The notes: generated from the sequence alone by a model not told the origin. A DNA stretch of 32,000 nt from Okeania sp. (GCF_035285525.1 NZ_JAYKGW010000171.1:47436-79435); one strand, 5' to 3'; counted from the stretch's first letter, positions 8,868-18,052 are shown. Numbers and translations: made by a program.

Positions 8868-9364
8868 TTAATAATCTCCTCTTTTTTGACGTCAATTACT
8901 AATAGTATAATTTGATATTTTTGCAGTATTAATTCAATTGCAACTTGTACAAAAAAAAATCATAAATTTCGCGATCAACTGCTAAATAAACTTGATAACT
9001 AGGATGTATAATATAGCAATGTGCGCACTTAATATTTACAAATTGCCGGAGGTGTCGAATAGCTAAAAACTTTATATTATAGGCTATTCATTCTTCCTCC
9101 ATACCTGTTCCCTGTTGCCTCTTCCCTAAAAGCAGCGCTATAGAAAGAAATGTTTGATAAATTAAGTATTGTCCTAATGCTGTTTCAAATTCAAGCATCG
9201 GAGAGGGAGTCACAAAACTTTTAATTTCAATCACAATTTGTTGCCCTTCTCTGGTTGCAGAAATTGTTTTTTCACCAGCTATATCTGCAAACAATTTAAC
9301 TTCTTCATATTTAATAGGATAAGGGTCATTTCAGTTATTAGTATCTCCTGAAATCAGGAGGCAT
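8855..9364 (-). pseudogene. xisH: xisH-like gene, disrupted in three fragments
   Basis: The start fragment is MPPDF.. with a stop (9364-9338). The core is NDPYPIKYEEVKLFADIAGEK...IVIEIKSF...ALGQYLIYQ (about 9330-9145). The C-terminal fragment is QVYLAVDREIYDFFFVQVAIELILQKYQIILLVIDVKKEEIIKCTN* (about 9012-8855). Core and C-terminus are separated by about 100-130 nt carrying a GGGAACAGGGAA-type repeat, and the stop overlaps the xisI ATG. Confidence 0.7.
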
Positions 9365-9679
9365 TGAGTTATAAATAAAACTTTTATTATATCATACTTT
9401 GACAATTATTGAAAAAAGATTCTTCCTTTGAATTTTTCTTTTCCTTCTACCTTCCTCTAAATTATCGGAAGACTGAAATAAAGTCTGGTATAGCTATTAC
9501 AGCCAAGATAGTTATACTTTATCTATAAAACAGACAAGATACCTGTTAGTGTTTTACTTCACTGAAGTGAAATGAACTACAAAGACCTTAAAAATAATTT
9601 AAAATACTAAACAATCTCATACTTAAATTTATTAAGACCCAATTTCCCAATCATATTCCCAAATTAAAACATAGCAATT

Positions 9680-10819
9680 ATGACTCAAACTGCACTAAAT
9701 ATTGGGACAACCCTAACCAAAACCCAAAACGACGTTGAATTGCGTAAAGTCTTCAAAGTATTTGATGGCCATGCAGCAGTACGAGGCGTGGACTTCAATA
9801 TTCGTCAAGGAGAATTTTTCAGTATTCTCGGCCCTTCTGGTTGTGGTAAAACTACCACATTACGCTTAATAGCTGGATTTGAAACCCCATCAGCAGGTGA
9901 AATAATGATTAGGGGTAAATCGATGAGCCAAATTCCGGCTTATCGTCGCCCAGTCAACACTGTTTTTCAAAGCTACGCTTTATTCAACCATCTAACTGTT
10001 GAAAATAACATTGCTTTTGGACTCCGAATCAAAGGTTTAGGAAAAGTAGAAACTGAGGAAAAGGTAGCACAAGCTCTACAGTTAGTGAAAATGGAGAAAT
10101 TTGCCGAGCGCTATCCGAATCAAATATCTGGTGGACAACAACAACGGGTAGCTTTAGCTAGGGCTTTAGTAAATCGTCCAGCAGTATTATTATTAGATGA
10201 ACCCCTTGGTGCCTTAGACTTGAAATTACGCAAACAAATGCAAATGGAATTGTCCAATTTACACCGAAATTTGGGGGTGACATTTGTAATGGTGACTCAC
10301 GACCAGGAAGAGGCCATGAGTATGTCCGACCGTATTGCGGTAATGCACGAAGGCAGAATAGAGCAAATAGGTTCTCCCCAAGAAATTTATGAACGCCCCG
10401 CAAGTCCGTTTGTGGCAGATTTTATTGGAGATACAAATTTATTTCAAGGTCGGGTCGAATATAATGATGACTCTCATCTGGTTGTGAAGACAAATAGTGG
10501 TCTGAAGATTTTTGTACAACAACCACAAGTGAGTCAAAAAAATGGAGAAATATATGGTGGTGCTTCAGTATTTGTAAGTGTGCGGCCAGAAAAGGTTAGT
10601 ATAAGTCTTTATTCTCCAGATGTATCAGAAAATTGTTTTGAAGGCAGGTTAATTAATGTAATGTATTTGGGAACTCATGTACATTATCAAGTAAATTTGT
10701 TGTCAGGCGAGCAGGTAATGGTGAGGCAACCAAATACTGAAGGAACATTGCCTGACCCCAATACTCCTATCTATGTTTATTGGGCAAAACACCATTGTTT
10801 GGCTTTAAGTGAATCATAA
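9680..10819 (+). CDS. potA: Spermidine/putrescine ABC transporter ATP-binding protein
   Basis: Walker A GPSGCGKTT, signature ISGGQQQRVALARAL, Walker B LLLDEPLGALD and H-loop VTHDQEEA, plus a C-terminal TOBE-like region. Confidence 0.9.
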   Translation: MTQTALNIGTTLTKTQNDVELRKVFKVFDGHAAVRGVDFNIRQGEFFSILGPSGCGKTTTLRLIAGFETPSAGEIMIRGKSMSQIPAYRRPVNTVFQSYALFNHLTVENNIAFGLRIKGLGKVETEEKVAQALQLVKMEKFAERYPNQISGGQQQRVALARALVNRPAVLLLDEPLGALDLKLRKQMQMELSNLHRNLGVTFVMVTHDQEEAMSMSDRIAVMHEGRIEQIGSPQEIYERPASPFVADFIGDTNLFQGRVEYNDDSHLVVKTNSGLKIFVQQPQVSQKNGEIYGGASVFVSVRPEKVSISLYSPDVSENCFEGRLINVMYLGTHVHYQVNLLSGEQVMVRQPNTEGTLPDPNTPIYVYWAKHHCLALSES

Positions 10820-10886
10820 AAAGTAATTAAACATATTTAAAACTTCAACCTAGACTTACTTGTGACCTTGAACTTTTATAACTACC

Positions 10887-12044
10887 GTGCCTCCAACTAA
10901 TTTACAGAAATACCAGCATGATGTAGCTAAATCAATTTACCCCAAAATTGGTAATAATTCTAGACGTAAATTTTTGAAAGCGTCAGCAGCTACTATCGCA
11001 GTTTCAACTCTATCCAGTTGTGGTTGGAAATTAGCCGAAGTGAAATCCGATCCTCCAACACAGGGCGATCCAGATTCACTCTATATTTATACTTGGGCTG
11101 GCTACACAGATCAAGATATGCTTGATCGCTTCTACGATGAAACTGGAATTAAAGTAACCGCAGATGTGTTTGACTCTAATGAATCAATGCTAGCTAGAAT
11201 CCAAGCGGGAGGAGGTGGAGCTTATAGTATCATCTATCCATCTGACTATATGGTGAAAAAAATGGCTGGGCTAAATTTGCTGACAGAGTTAGACCAGTCT
11301 CTAATTATTGGTTTGGAGGATCTATTTCCTCAATTTCAAAACCCTATATACGATCCAGGTAATGCCTATAGTGTACCCGTAGCTTGGGGAACTACTGGTT
11401 TAATTTACAATAGCAAATTGTTACCAACAACTCCTGATGATTGGGAATATCTCTGGGAAAATCAAGATTTGGTATCAAAGCGGATGACTTTAATCAATGA
11501 TGTCCGTGAGGTGATGGGGTGTACTTTAAGAAAATTAGGATATTCTTATAATTCTACTAATGAAGAACATATTAAGCAAGCTTATGAAGAGTTACTGAGA
11601 CTCAAACCAGCGATCGCTTCTTTTACTACATATGGTTGGCAAGCTCAAATGTTGGTGGAAGATTTGTTGATTGCAATGTGTTATTCTTCTGATGCTGCGG
11701 AAGTTCAACCAGAAAATGAAGATTTAGAATATGTTGTTCCCAGTAGTGGTTCATCCTTGTGGACGGATACATTAGTCATTCCCAAAAATGCTCCTAACCG
11801 AGATGGTGCTTATCAATGGATTAACTTTATTTTACAGCCAGATGTAGCAGCTCAAGTTGTGGAAAGACTTAGTTTTGCCACAGCTTCTCGTGCAGCTTAT
11901 GAAATGTTACCAGAAGAAATCAAAGAAGACCCTACTTTATTTGCTCCAGAGTCAGTTATTCAAAACTGTGAAGGTATAGCTCCATTGGGTGAATCTTGGG
12001 AAGAAGTTTATGACAAATATTGGACTCAATTAACAAGTGGATAA
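10887..12044 (+). CDS. potD: Polyamine ABC transporter substrate-binding lipoprotein
   Basis: Twin-arginine motif SRRKFLK followed by lipobox LSSC. PotD/PotF-like body (LYIYTWAGYTD, PVAWGTTGLIYN). GTG start at 10887. Confidence 0.85.
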   Translation: MPPTNLQKYQHDVAKSIYPKIGNNSRRKFLKASAATIAVSTLSSCGWKLAEVKSDPPTQGDPDSLYIYTWAGYTDQDMLDRFYDETGIKVTADVFDSNESMLARIQAGGGGAYSIIYPSDYMVKKMAGLNLLTELDQSLIIGLEDLFPQFQNPIYDPGNAYSVPVAWGTTGLIYNSKLLPTTPDDWEYLWENQDLVSKRMTLINDVREVMGCTLRKLGYSYNSTNEEHIKQAYEELLRLKPAIASFTTYGWQAQMLVEDLLIAMCYSSDAAEVQPENEDLEYVVPSSGSSLWTDTLVIPKNAPNRDGAYQWINFILQPDVAAQVVERLSFATASRAAYEMLPEEIKEDPTLFAPESVIQNCEGIAPLGESWEEVYDKYWTQLTSG

Positions 12045-12049
12045 TTTAA

Positions 12050-12290
12050 GGAAGAAGGAAGAAGGAACAAGGAGGAAGGAGGAAGAAAAAAGGAGGAAGA
12101 AAGAAGACAAATTTCTAAGTTTATTTGAGGGAATTATTCTACCAACTTTTTTTTAAGTTATTAAGTTTTAAAAAGAGGAAGGAAGAAGAAGGAAGTAGAT
12201 AAGGAAGAAGTAAATAAGGAAGAAGACAAGTTCCTAAGTTTATTTTATGGAATTATTCTACCAACTTTTTTCAAGTTATTAAGTTTTCAA
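12050..12290. repeat. Tandem duplication of a ~120-bp unit (polypurine GGAAGAAGG/GGAGG tract plus AT-rich tail)
   Basis: agaagacaaatttctaagtttatttgagggaattattctaccaac at 12102 recurs as agaagacaagttcctaagtttattttatggaattattctaccaac at 12221. Each copy is preceded by about 50-60 nt of almost pure purine. Confidence 0.85.
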
Positions 12291-12318
12291 ATTTTAACTT
12301 GAACTGAAAGCTGATAAT

Positions 12319-12367
12319 TAGACATCCTCAAAAATTAAAAATATCATCAATTAGTCTCCCCTATTCC
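12319..12367. repeat. Copy of the GGGAAYAGGGA / TTTTTGGAGATGTCT small repeat family (reverse orientation)
   Basis: tagacatcctcaaaaattaaaaatatcatcaattagtctcccctattccc parallels 15638-15679, 20313-20392 and 28966-29033. Confidence 0.6.
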
Positions 12368-12466
12368 CAGTTAAGTGTTCCCTGTTTCCTAGCGCCTAGC
12401 GCTATAATTACTCCCCCCTATTCCCAGTTAAGTGTTCCCTGTTCCCTAGCGCCTAGCGCCATAACT
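12356..12466. repeat. Tandem 55-nt duplication immediately upstream of potB
   Basis: ctcccctattcccagttaagtgttccctgtttcctagcgcctagcgctataatta (12356-12410) is repeated at 12411-12466 with few changes. The second copy ends 4 nt before the potB ATG. Confidence 0.85.
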
Positions 12467-12470
12467 GATT

Positions 12471-13367
12471 ATGACTAAACCATCTATTCTTAATTCTCAG
12501 TCAAAAAATAATATAAGTCAAATATTTTCCAAAATTTTAGGTCCTACAGTTTTATTAGGTCCGGCAGGTGTATGGTTACTATTTTTATTAGTATTTCCAA
12601 CTTTAGTAATTTTTGAGCTGAGTTTAGTCGAAAATATTCGACCAGGAGATTTAGTAATTCCTGATGGTATTGCTAACTATTTACGAGTTTTTGAACCTCT
12701 GAATTTAAAAGTAATTTGGCGTTCAATATATTTAGCTATAGGTACAACAATTTTATGTTTATTATTAGGTTTTCCTGTAGCTTATTGGATTGCTTTAATG
12801 TCACCCAAAAAATGGCGAAACTTACTTTTATTAGGTTTTGTTTTACCACTTTGGACTTCATCTTTGCTACGTTCTTATGCTTGGATTACAATTCTACGTC
12901 CTACTGGTGTATTAAATTCAATTATTGGGATTATCGGATTACCTCCTTTAGAAATATTGAATCGAACTCCGGCAGTTTTAATAGGTATGAGTTACAGTTA
13001 TTTACCTTATATTGTAACAGTTCTTTATGCCTCTTTAGAAAAATTAGACCGGAGATTATTAGAAGCATCATCAGATTTAGGTGCTACTCCTATCCAAACT
13101 TTTTGGAAAGTCACAGTTCCCCAAAGTTTACCTGGTATTGCAGCAGGTTCTTTATTAGTTTTTATCATTTCTTTGGGAGATTTTGTAGACCCAGAATTAT
13201 TAGGTGGAGCTTCAAGTATGACCGCTGCTCGATTAATTTATAATCAGTTTTTAGGAGCTACTCAAAATTGGGGTTTTGGTTCATCTTTGAGTATGGTGTT
13301 AATTTTAGGAGTGAGTATAGCGATCGCTCTCTTACTAAAATTTGGTGACGGTAGACCCTCTAAATAA
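12471..13367 (+). CDS. potB: Polyamine ABC transporter permease
   Basis: 298-aa multi-TM protein with the EAA loop EASSDLGATPIQTFWKVTVPQSLPGI. Lies in the pot cluster. Confidence 0.85.
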   Translation: MTKPSILNSQSKNNISQIFSKILGPTVLLGPAGVWLLFLLVFPTLVIFELSLVENIRPGDLVIPDGIANYLRVFEPLNLKVIWRSIYLAIGTTILCLLLGFPVAYWIALMSPKKWRNLLLLGFVLPLWTSSLLRSYAWITILRPTGVLNSIIGIIGLPPLEILNRTPAVLIGMSYSYLPYIVTVLYASLEKLDRRLLEASSDLGATPIQTFWKVTVPQSLPGIAAGSLLVFIISLGDFVDPELLGGASSMTAARLIYNQFLGATQNWGFGSSLSMVLILGVSIAIALLLKFGDGRPSK

Positions 13368-13838
13368 AGTCAAAAGTCAAAATTTATGCATTCAAAAGTA
13401 ATATAGGAGTCAGCTATCAGCTAGTCTTATTCAGAGGAACTTCAAGTTATTAACTTAACTATCACACCAAATCAAGAATTAAAGCGCATAAATAATTTCA
13501 TTCATCATCTTACCTTTAATTTGTAATTTGCTTGATTTGTTCAAAAGCTCAATACGAATGCATTCCGCAGGAAGAGCTAATAACTAATAGCTGTTTGCAC
13601 AGCATTCCGCAGGAAATGCTTACCGAATAGTTAATAATTAATAATTAAAAGTTGATAGTCAATAATTATTCATTCAACAATTCACGTCTGGAAGCCTCCC
13701 CTATCCTAGGGAATAAATCAAAAATTTTCCTTTTAGTCAATCCCTTTCTTTGAAGAAGGGTTAATTATTAATTATTAATTGTTATTAATTGCTAAAATAT
13801 TTTTAACAAAAAATTAAGATTAACTAACAAGTTTCAAG

Positions 13839-14687
13839 ATGACAAATACAGTAACAACTAAAGAAGATGATATCCCAATAGATATGTCTAAATCTCAACT
13901 TAAACTTCAGATTTCTTGGCAGGTAATATTTACAATTTCCATGTTTTTGTTCATGTACTTGCCGATTTTTGTATTAACTTTTTATAGTTTTAATAAATCC
14001 AAATATAGTGCCGGATGGGAAGGTTTTACCCTGCAATGGTATGTCAAACTTTTTCAAGATACAAGAATTTTAACTGCTCTCCAAACCAGTTTAACTGTAG
14101 CTATTTTGGCTGTAGCTGTTTCAGCAGTTATTGGTACTTTAATGGCAGTAGGTTTAGCCAAATATAAATTTCGTGGTAAGTCCTTATATTTAGGTATTTC
14201 TTATTTGCCATTAATTATTCCTGATATCGCGATCGCTGTAGCTACTTTAGTATTCTTAGCTGCATTAGCTATTAGATTAAGTTTATGGACAATTATTGCC
14301 GCCCATATTGTTTTTTGTTTAGCTTATGTAGGCTTAGTTGTTTCCACCAGATTAGCAGATTTAGACCCTAATTTAGAAGAAGCTGCCCTTGATTTAGGAG
14401 CAACCCCATTAGAAGCTTTTATCAAAGTATTATTACCTCAATTAATACCAGGAATTGTGTCTGGATGTCTATTAGCTTTTGTACTAAGTATGGATGATTT
14501 TTTAATATCTAGTTTTACCGCAGGGAGTGGCGCAACCACATTGCCAATGGAAATTTTTAGTCGGATTCGTACAGGGGTAAAACCTGATATTAATGCCCTT
14601 AGTGTAATTCTAATTATCGGCTCTGGAGCGATAGCTATTGTTGGGGAATTTTTGCGGAATAATAGTGAAAAAAAGAAGAGAAACTAA
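13839..14687 (+). CDS. potC: Polyamine ABC transporter permease
   Basis: 282-aa multi-TM protein with the EAA loop EAALDLGATPLEAFIKVLLPQLIPGI. Lies in the pot cluster. Confidence 0.85.
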   Translation: MTNTVTTKEDDIPIDMSKSQLKLQISWQVIFTISMFLFMYLPIFVLTFYSFNKSKYSAGWEGFTLQWYVKLFQDTRILTALQTSLTVAILAVAVSAVIGTLMAVGLAKYKFRGKSLYLGISYLPLIIPDIAIAVATLVFLAALAIRLSLWTIIAAHIVFCLAYVGLVVSTRLADLDPNLEEAALDLGATPLEAFIKVLLPQLIPGIVSGCLLAFVLSMDDFLISSFTAGSGATTLPMEIFSRIRTGVKPDINALSVILIIGSGAIAIVGEFLRNNSEKKKRN

Positions 14688-14845
14688 ATGAATGTTTGGC
14701 GGAGGAACTATAAAAATTAAATGAATGTTGGCTACGGGATCTTTCCGGCTGCCACTGCTGTGTTTTGTAAATGATTTATAAGAAAGGATTGTAGGGGTTT
14801 GGTCTCCAAATCCGTATCAAACTAATAAGATGAAACTAGGAGTAT

Positions 14846-15541
14846 ATGGGAGAAAATTTAACTATTCGTAGAAACAAAAAAATTAAAAAAATACTCTTGT
14901 TGGTATTTTTACCAATAATTTCTGGTCTATTAGTTTGGTTAGTAGGAAATACTATTTTGCTTAACTCAGCAGCAAAAGCTCCTGTTGATGCTTACTTGGT
15001 TTTGGGTGGTAGTATTAAACGGGAAATTTATATTGCTCAAATCGCTAAAAAATATCCTGAAATACCTATATTAATTTCTAGTGGTTCCGCAGAACCCTGT
15101 GTTGTGGGATTATTTCGACAAGCAAATGCTCCTTTAGATCGGGTTTGGTTAGAATATTGCTCTAAATCTACTTTTGGTAACTTCTTTTTTAGTCTGCCAA
15201 TTTTGGAGAAATGGGGAGTTAAACATATTAAATTAGTGACATCTCGTACTCATTTACCGAGAGCAAAATGGTTAGGACAAATTATTCTGGGTTCTCATGG
15301 AATTTGGGTAGAAACTGATATTATTGAGCAAAAAGGTATACCAGGAAATCGTGAATCTCTTCTCAAGGCAGGTTTAGATGTTATTCGTAGTTTAATGTGG
15401 GCATTTGCAAGTCAGTTCATTGAACCAAAATGTACGGATATAGCAAAACTTTCAGAGGTGAATGTGCAAAAATGGTGCGATTCTGGCTTTAAGTGTGAGC
15501 ATAAAAGAGAATTAAAGCTACATTTAATTTGTAATCCTTAG
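14846..15541 (+). CDS. YdcF/DUF218-family protein with N-terminal membrane anchor
   Basis: AYLVLGGSIKRE...ILISSGS...EYCSKSTFGNFFFS...IKLVTSRTHLPRAKW follows the DUF218 motif order. Confidence 0.75.
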   Translation: MGENLTIRRNKKIKKILLLVFLPIISGLLVWLVGNTILLNSAAKAPVDAYLVLGGSIKREIYIAQIAKKYPEIPILISSGSAEPCVVGLFRQANAPLDRVWLEYCSKSTFGNFFFSLPILEKWGVKHIKLVTSRTHLPRAKWLGQIILGSHGIWVETDIIEQKGIPGNRESLLKAGLDVIRSLMWAFASQFIEPKCTDIAKLSEVNVQKWCDSGFKCEHKRELKLHLICNP

Positions 15542-15577
15542 TAAGTAGTCGTGCTTTTAGGAATTTCCTAGTTGAGA

Positions 15578-15679
15578 GAGGGAACAGGGAGCAGAAAGAA
15601 AGAATTAATAATTTCTCGATAAAATTGGAGATGTCTAATAGACATCTACAAAAATTAACAATATAATCAATTATTACCC
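15578..15679. repeat. Head-to-head pair of GGGAAYAGGGA/TTTTTGGAGATGTCT family repeats with a perfect 19-nt palindrome at the junction
   Basis: AGATGTCTA-A-TAGACATCT lies at 15629-15647. The left arm begins gagggaacaggga and the right arm is tagacatctacaaaaattaacaatataatcaatta. Confidence 0.65.
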
Positions 15680-15747
15680 ATAAATCATCAATTACTCCTG
15701 CAAAATATTACTTTTTAATTTTGACTTTTAATAAAGTTTTGGGTCTC

Positions 15748-16344
15748 TCAAATCTTACTTTTGAATTTGAATAAGGATGCAATTTCAGTTGAATTTAAGT
15801 CTCGCCACTCACCAGGTTTGAGTTCATCAAGACGAAGATCAGCGATCGCTATTCTTACTAACCGCAATGTGGGAAAACCTACTGCTGCTGTCATCCTTCG
15901 TACTTGACGATTTCGACCTTCTGTGATCATGATTTCTAACCATGCAGTAGGTACAGTTTTACGAAATCTAATGGGTGGGTTGCGGGGTGGTAGAGAGGGT
16001 TCTACAGATAATAATTTAACTTTTGCAGGTCGTGTTCTATAATTTTTGATAGTTATACCCTCCTCTAGTTGCTTCAATGCTGTGGTATCTGGTATTCGTT
16101 CTACTTGCACCCAATAAGTACGAGGATGAGCAAATTTAGGATCAGTTAGTCTATGTTGAAGTTGTCCGTGATTGGTTAAGAGTAACAAACCTTCACTGTC
16201 TTGGTCTAATCTACCAACTGGATATACTGAATCAACTGAAATGTACTCTTTTAAAGTATGATGTCGATGGTTACTATCAGAGTTGTCAGTAAACTGACTC
16301 AAAACATTATAGGGTTTATTAAACAATATATATCGATAAACCAT
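15748..16344 (-). CDS. rluE: 23S rRNA pseudouridine synthase, RluE-like (no S4 domain)
   Basis: [16 protein letters not shown], catalytic [23 protein letters not shown] and [26 protein letters not shown] at 16344 is preferred. An upstream in-frame TTG at 16371 lies 3 nt from a MITE. Confidence 0.85.
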   Translation of the reverse strand: MVYRYILFNKPYNVLSQFTDNSDSNHRHHTLKEYISVDSVYPVGRLDQDSEGLLLLTNHGQLQHRLTDPKFAHPRTYWVQVERIPDTTALKQLEEGITIKNYRTRPAKVKLLSVEPSLPPRNPPIRFRKTVPTAWLEIMITEGRNRQVRRMTAAVGFPTLRLVRIAIADLRLDELKPGEWRDLNSTEIASLFKFKSKI

Positions 16345-16374
16345 AAATTTTTTTCGTTTTTGGTGAATCAAGTT

Positions 16375-16465
16375 CAGGACTTACACAAAGGTACTATGTA
16401 TAGAGTTCAAAAACTATTGTCCAATAGTTTTGGGCTCTATATATAGCGTCTCTGCGTAAGTCCTG
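16375..16465. mobile_element. MITE-like element, copy 2 (91 bp)
   Basis: Termini are CAGGACTTACAC...CTGCGTAAGTCCTG, with an inner hairpin AAAACTATT-gtcc-AATAGTTTT. No clear TSD. Sits between the divergent rluE and hydrolase starts. Confidence 0.7.
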
Positions 16466-16497
16466 GTAAAGTATTTTGAGATGACAAAATAAGAATT

Positions 16498-17340
16498 ATG
16501 TTCCCATTATCACCCCTACATTTTCAACTCCAAGGAGCAGGTTTTCCTATTCTCTGTCTCCACGGACATCCAGGTAATAGTCAATGTATGTCAGTCTTTA
16601 CCAACTCTCTATCCCAAAAATTTCAAACTATTGCTCCAGACTTAAGAGGATACGGCAAAAGTTCTACGAAAACCAACTTTAAAATTACTCAACATTTAAT
16701 AGACTTAGAAAAACTTCTCGAACAACTGCAAATCTCTAGATATTTAATCTTAGGATGGTCATTAGGTGGAATTATTGGCATAGAATTAGCTCTGAGAAAC
16801 CCAGAGAAAGTTGCAGGTTTAATCTTAATTTCTACAGCAGCAAGACCTCGAAGTAATCATCCACCCATAACTTGGCAAGATAATTTTTATACAGGTTTAG
16901 CCGGAATCATAAATTATTTTGTGCCTGGTTGGCAATGGAATATTAATACCTTTGGCAAGCGATCGCTATTTCGATATCTCATCCAACATCACACTCCTGC
17001 TACCTATCAATACCTAGCAAAAGAAGCAGTTCCCGCTTATTGGCAAACTTCTAAAATAGCAACTAGAGCTTTGAATCAAGCTTTAAAAGAAGGTTATAAT
17101 AGATTAACCGAAATATCCCAGATTAAATGTCCTTGCTTAGTATTAGCAGGGGAGAGCGATCGCCATATTACTCCTGAGTCTAGTCAAGAAACTGCTCTTC
17201 ACCTCAAAAATGCTATTTGGCAATGCTATCCCAATACTGCTCATTTATTTCCTTGGGAAATTCCTAACCAAGTGCTAACAGATATTGAAAATTGGATAGA
17301 GCATCACCAAACACATTTTAGACTCTTCAACCAGAACTAA
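16498..17340 (+). CDS. Alpha/beta-fold hydrolase
   Basis: LCLHGHPGN, nucleophile elbow GWSLGG and a C-terminal NTAHLFPWE histidine region. 280 aa. Confidence 0.8.
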   Translation: MFPLSPLHFQLQGAGFPILCLHGHPGNSQCMSVFTNSLSQKFQTIAPDLRGYGKSSTKTNFKITQHLIDLEKLLEQLQISRYLILGWSLGGIIGIELALRNPEKVAGLILISTAARPRSNHPPITWQDNFYTGLAGIINYFVPGWQWNINTFGKRSLFRYLIQHHTPATYQYLAKEAVPAYWQTSKIATRALNQALKEGYNRLTEISQIKCPCLVLAGESDRHITPESSQETALHLKNAIWQCYPNTAHLFPWEIPNQVLTDIENWIEHHQTHFRLFNQN

Positions 17341-17420
17341 ACTTGACTTTTTTCACTTTTACAGGTAGAGGGTAAATGGTGAAAGTATTGTCGTGTCGGC
17401 ATCTTGCCCGCAATGTACGT

Positions 17421-17529
17421 AGCTGATATAGGAGCCGAAGCCAAGGGGGCGGACGCATCAAAAGTCTAAAACCCAGACAGAGCAGGATTTTTCCTTCTGC
17501 CTTCAGCATAGCTGTCTTCAGCATAGCTG
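17421..17529 (-). repeat. Dispersed ~105-nt repeat, copy X1 (reverse orientation of 27016-27122)
   Basis: The reverse complement gcagctatgctgaag..gcagaaggaaaaatcctgctctgtctgggttttagacttttgatgcgtcc...ctatatcagc aligns with 27030-27122. Confidence 0.7.
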
Positions 17530-17617
17530 CTATAACAACGGAAAGTGCTGTAAATTATAAGCGATGCAATAGTAATTTTATCAGTCTCATGGAAAGAAAC
17601 TCTGAAATTATCATACA

Positions 17618-17767
17618 CAGAACTTACGCATTAGGAAAGAGCTTTGGTCATTTTAGATTGCTTTCCTTTCCTACGGAATACTACGCAAAGGGAATGCTCA
17701 GCAAAAGCTGTCCCTGGCGCTGCGAGTAGTGCAATGACAGAAATACGTTGCGCGTGCGTAAGTCCTG
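17618..17767. mobile_element. MITE-like element, copy 3 (150 bp)
   Basis: Termini are CAGAACTTACGCA...GTGCGTAAGTCCTG, with TSD ATACA at 17613-17617 and 17768-17772. The right arm gcaatgacagaaatacgttgcgcgtgcgtaagtcct is shared with 23936-23970. Confidence 0.85.
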
Positions 17768-17782
17768 ATACAGATCTATCGT

Positions 17783-18052
17783 TTAGCTCAATACAGAATT
17801 TACCATTACCTTAGTATTTGGCAATTCATCAGATATAGTCAATTCTTCAGGTTGACACTGCTCAATAGAAACCTGAATAACTTGAGCGCCTTCACCTTCC
17901 AAATCTTCTATATAACCTGTCTCAGCATTTTTAGCTTCTTGATCTGTGACAAAAGGACCAAAATAATAAGTGCAATGGGGGTTTGTAGTAGAAATTTTAA
18001 CCCACCAAGCTATTCCAGATAAGTTTAGAATATTGACGAATGTTTCTTTCAT
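17783..18052 (-). CDS. DUF1816-family small protein
   Basis: WWVKISTTNPHCTYYFGPFVTDQEAKNAETGYIEDLEGEGAQ...CQPEELTI. Start is probably the ATG at 18052 (MKETFVNILN). The ORF track extends to 18112. Confidence 0.75.
   Translation of the reverse strand: MKETFVNILNLSGIAWWVKISTTNPHCTYYFGPFVTDQEAKNAETGYIEDLEGEGAQVIQVSIEQCQPEELTISDELPNTKVMVNSVLS

Noticed and set aside
8570-9364. Whether the xisH/xisI relics mark a developmentally excised DNA element or an integrated island.
   Set aside because: No recombinase gene, attachment-site-like long direct repeats or interrupted host gene is visible nearby. Both genes are themselves degraded.
9488-9500. NtcA-like motif GTA-N-TAC upstream of potA.
   Set aside because: The spacing is N7, not the canonical N8, and no appropriately placed -10 box was evident.
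9555-9578. Short palindrome TTCAC-TGAA-GTGAA upstream of potA.
   Set aside because: It has only a 5-bp stem with a 4-nt loop, a single occurrence and no supporting context.
12716-13243. Other ORFs overlapping annotated genes: 12716-13243 in an alternative frame of potB, 10158-10403 in potA, 19598-19834 in rlmB, 21922-22194 and 22029-22214 at the carA 3' end, 22915-23151 in carA, 25588-25965 in trpD, and 27842-28027 and 27975-28226 in the GHL10 gene.
   Set aside because: Each overlaps a gene with strong family motifs. Their translations lack motifs and look like shadow ORFs.
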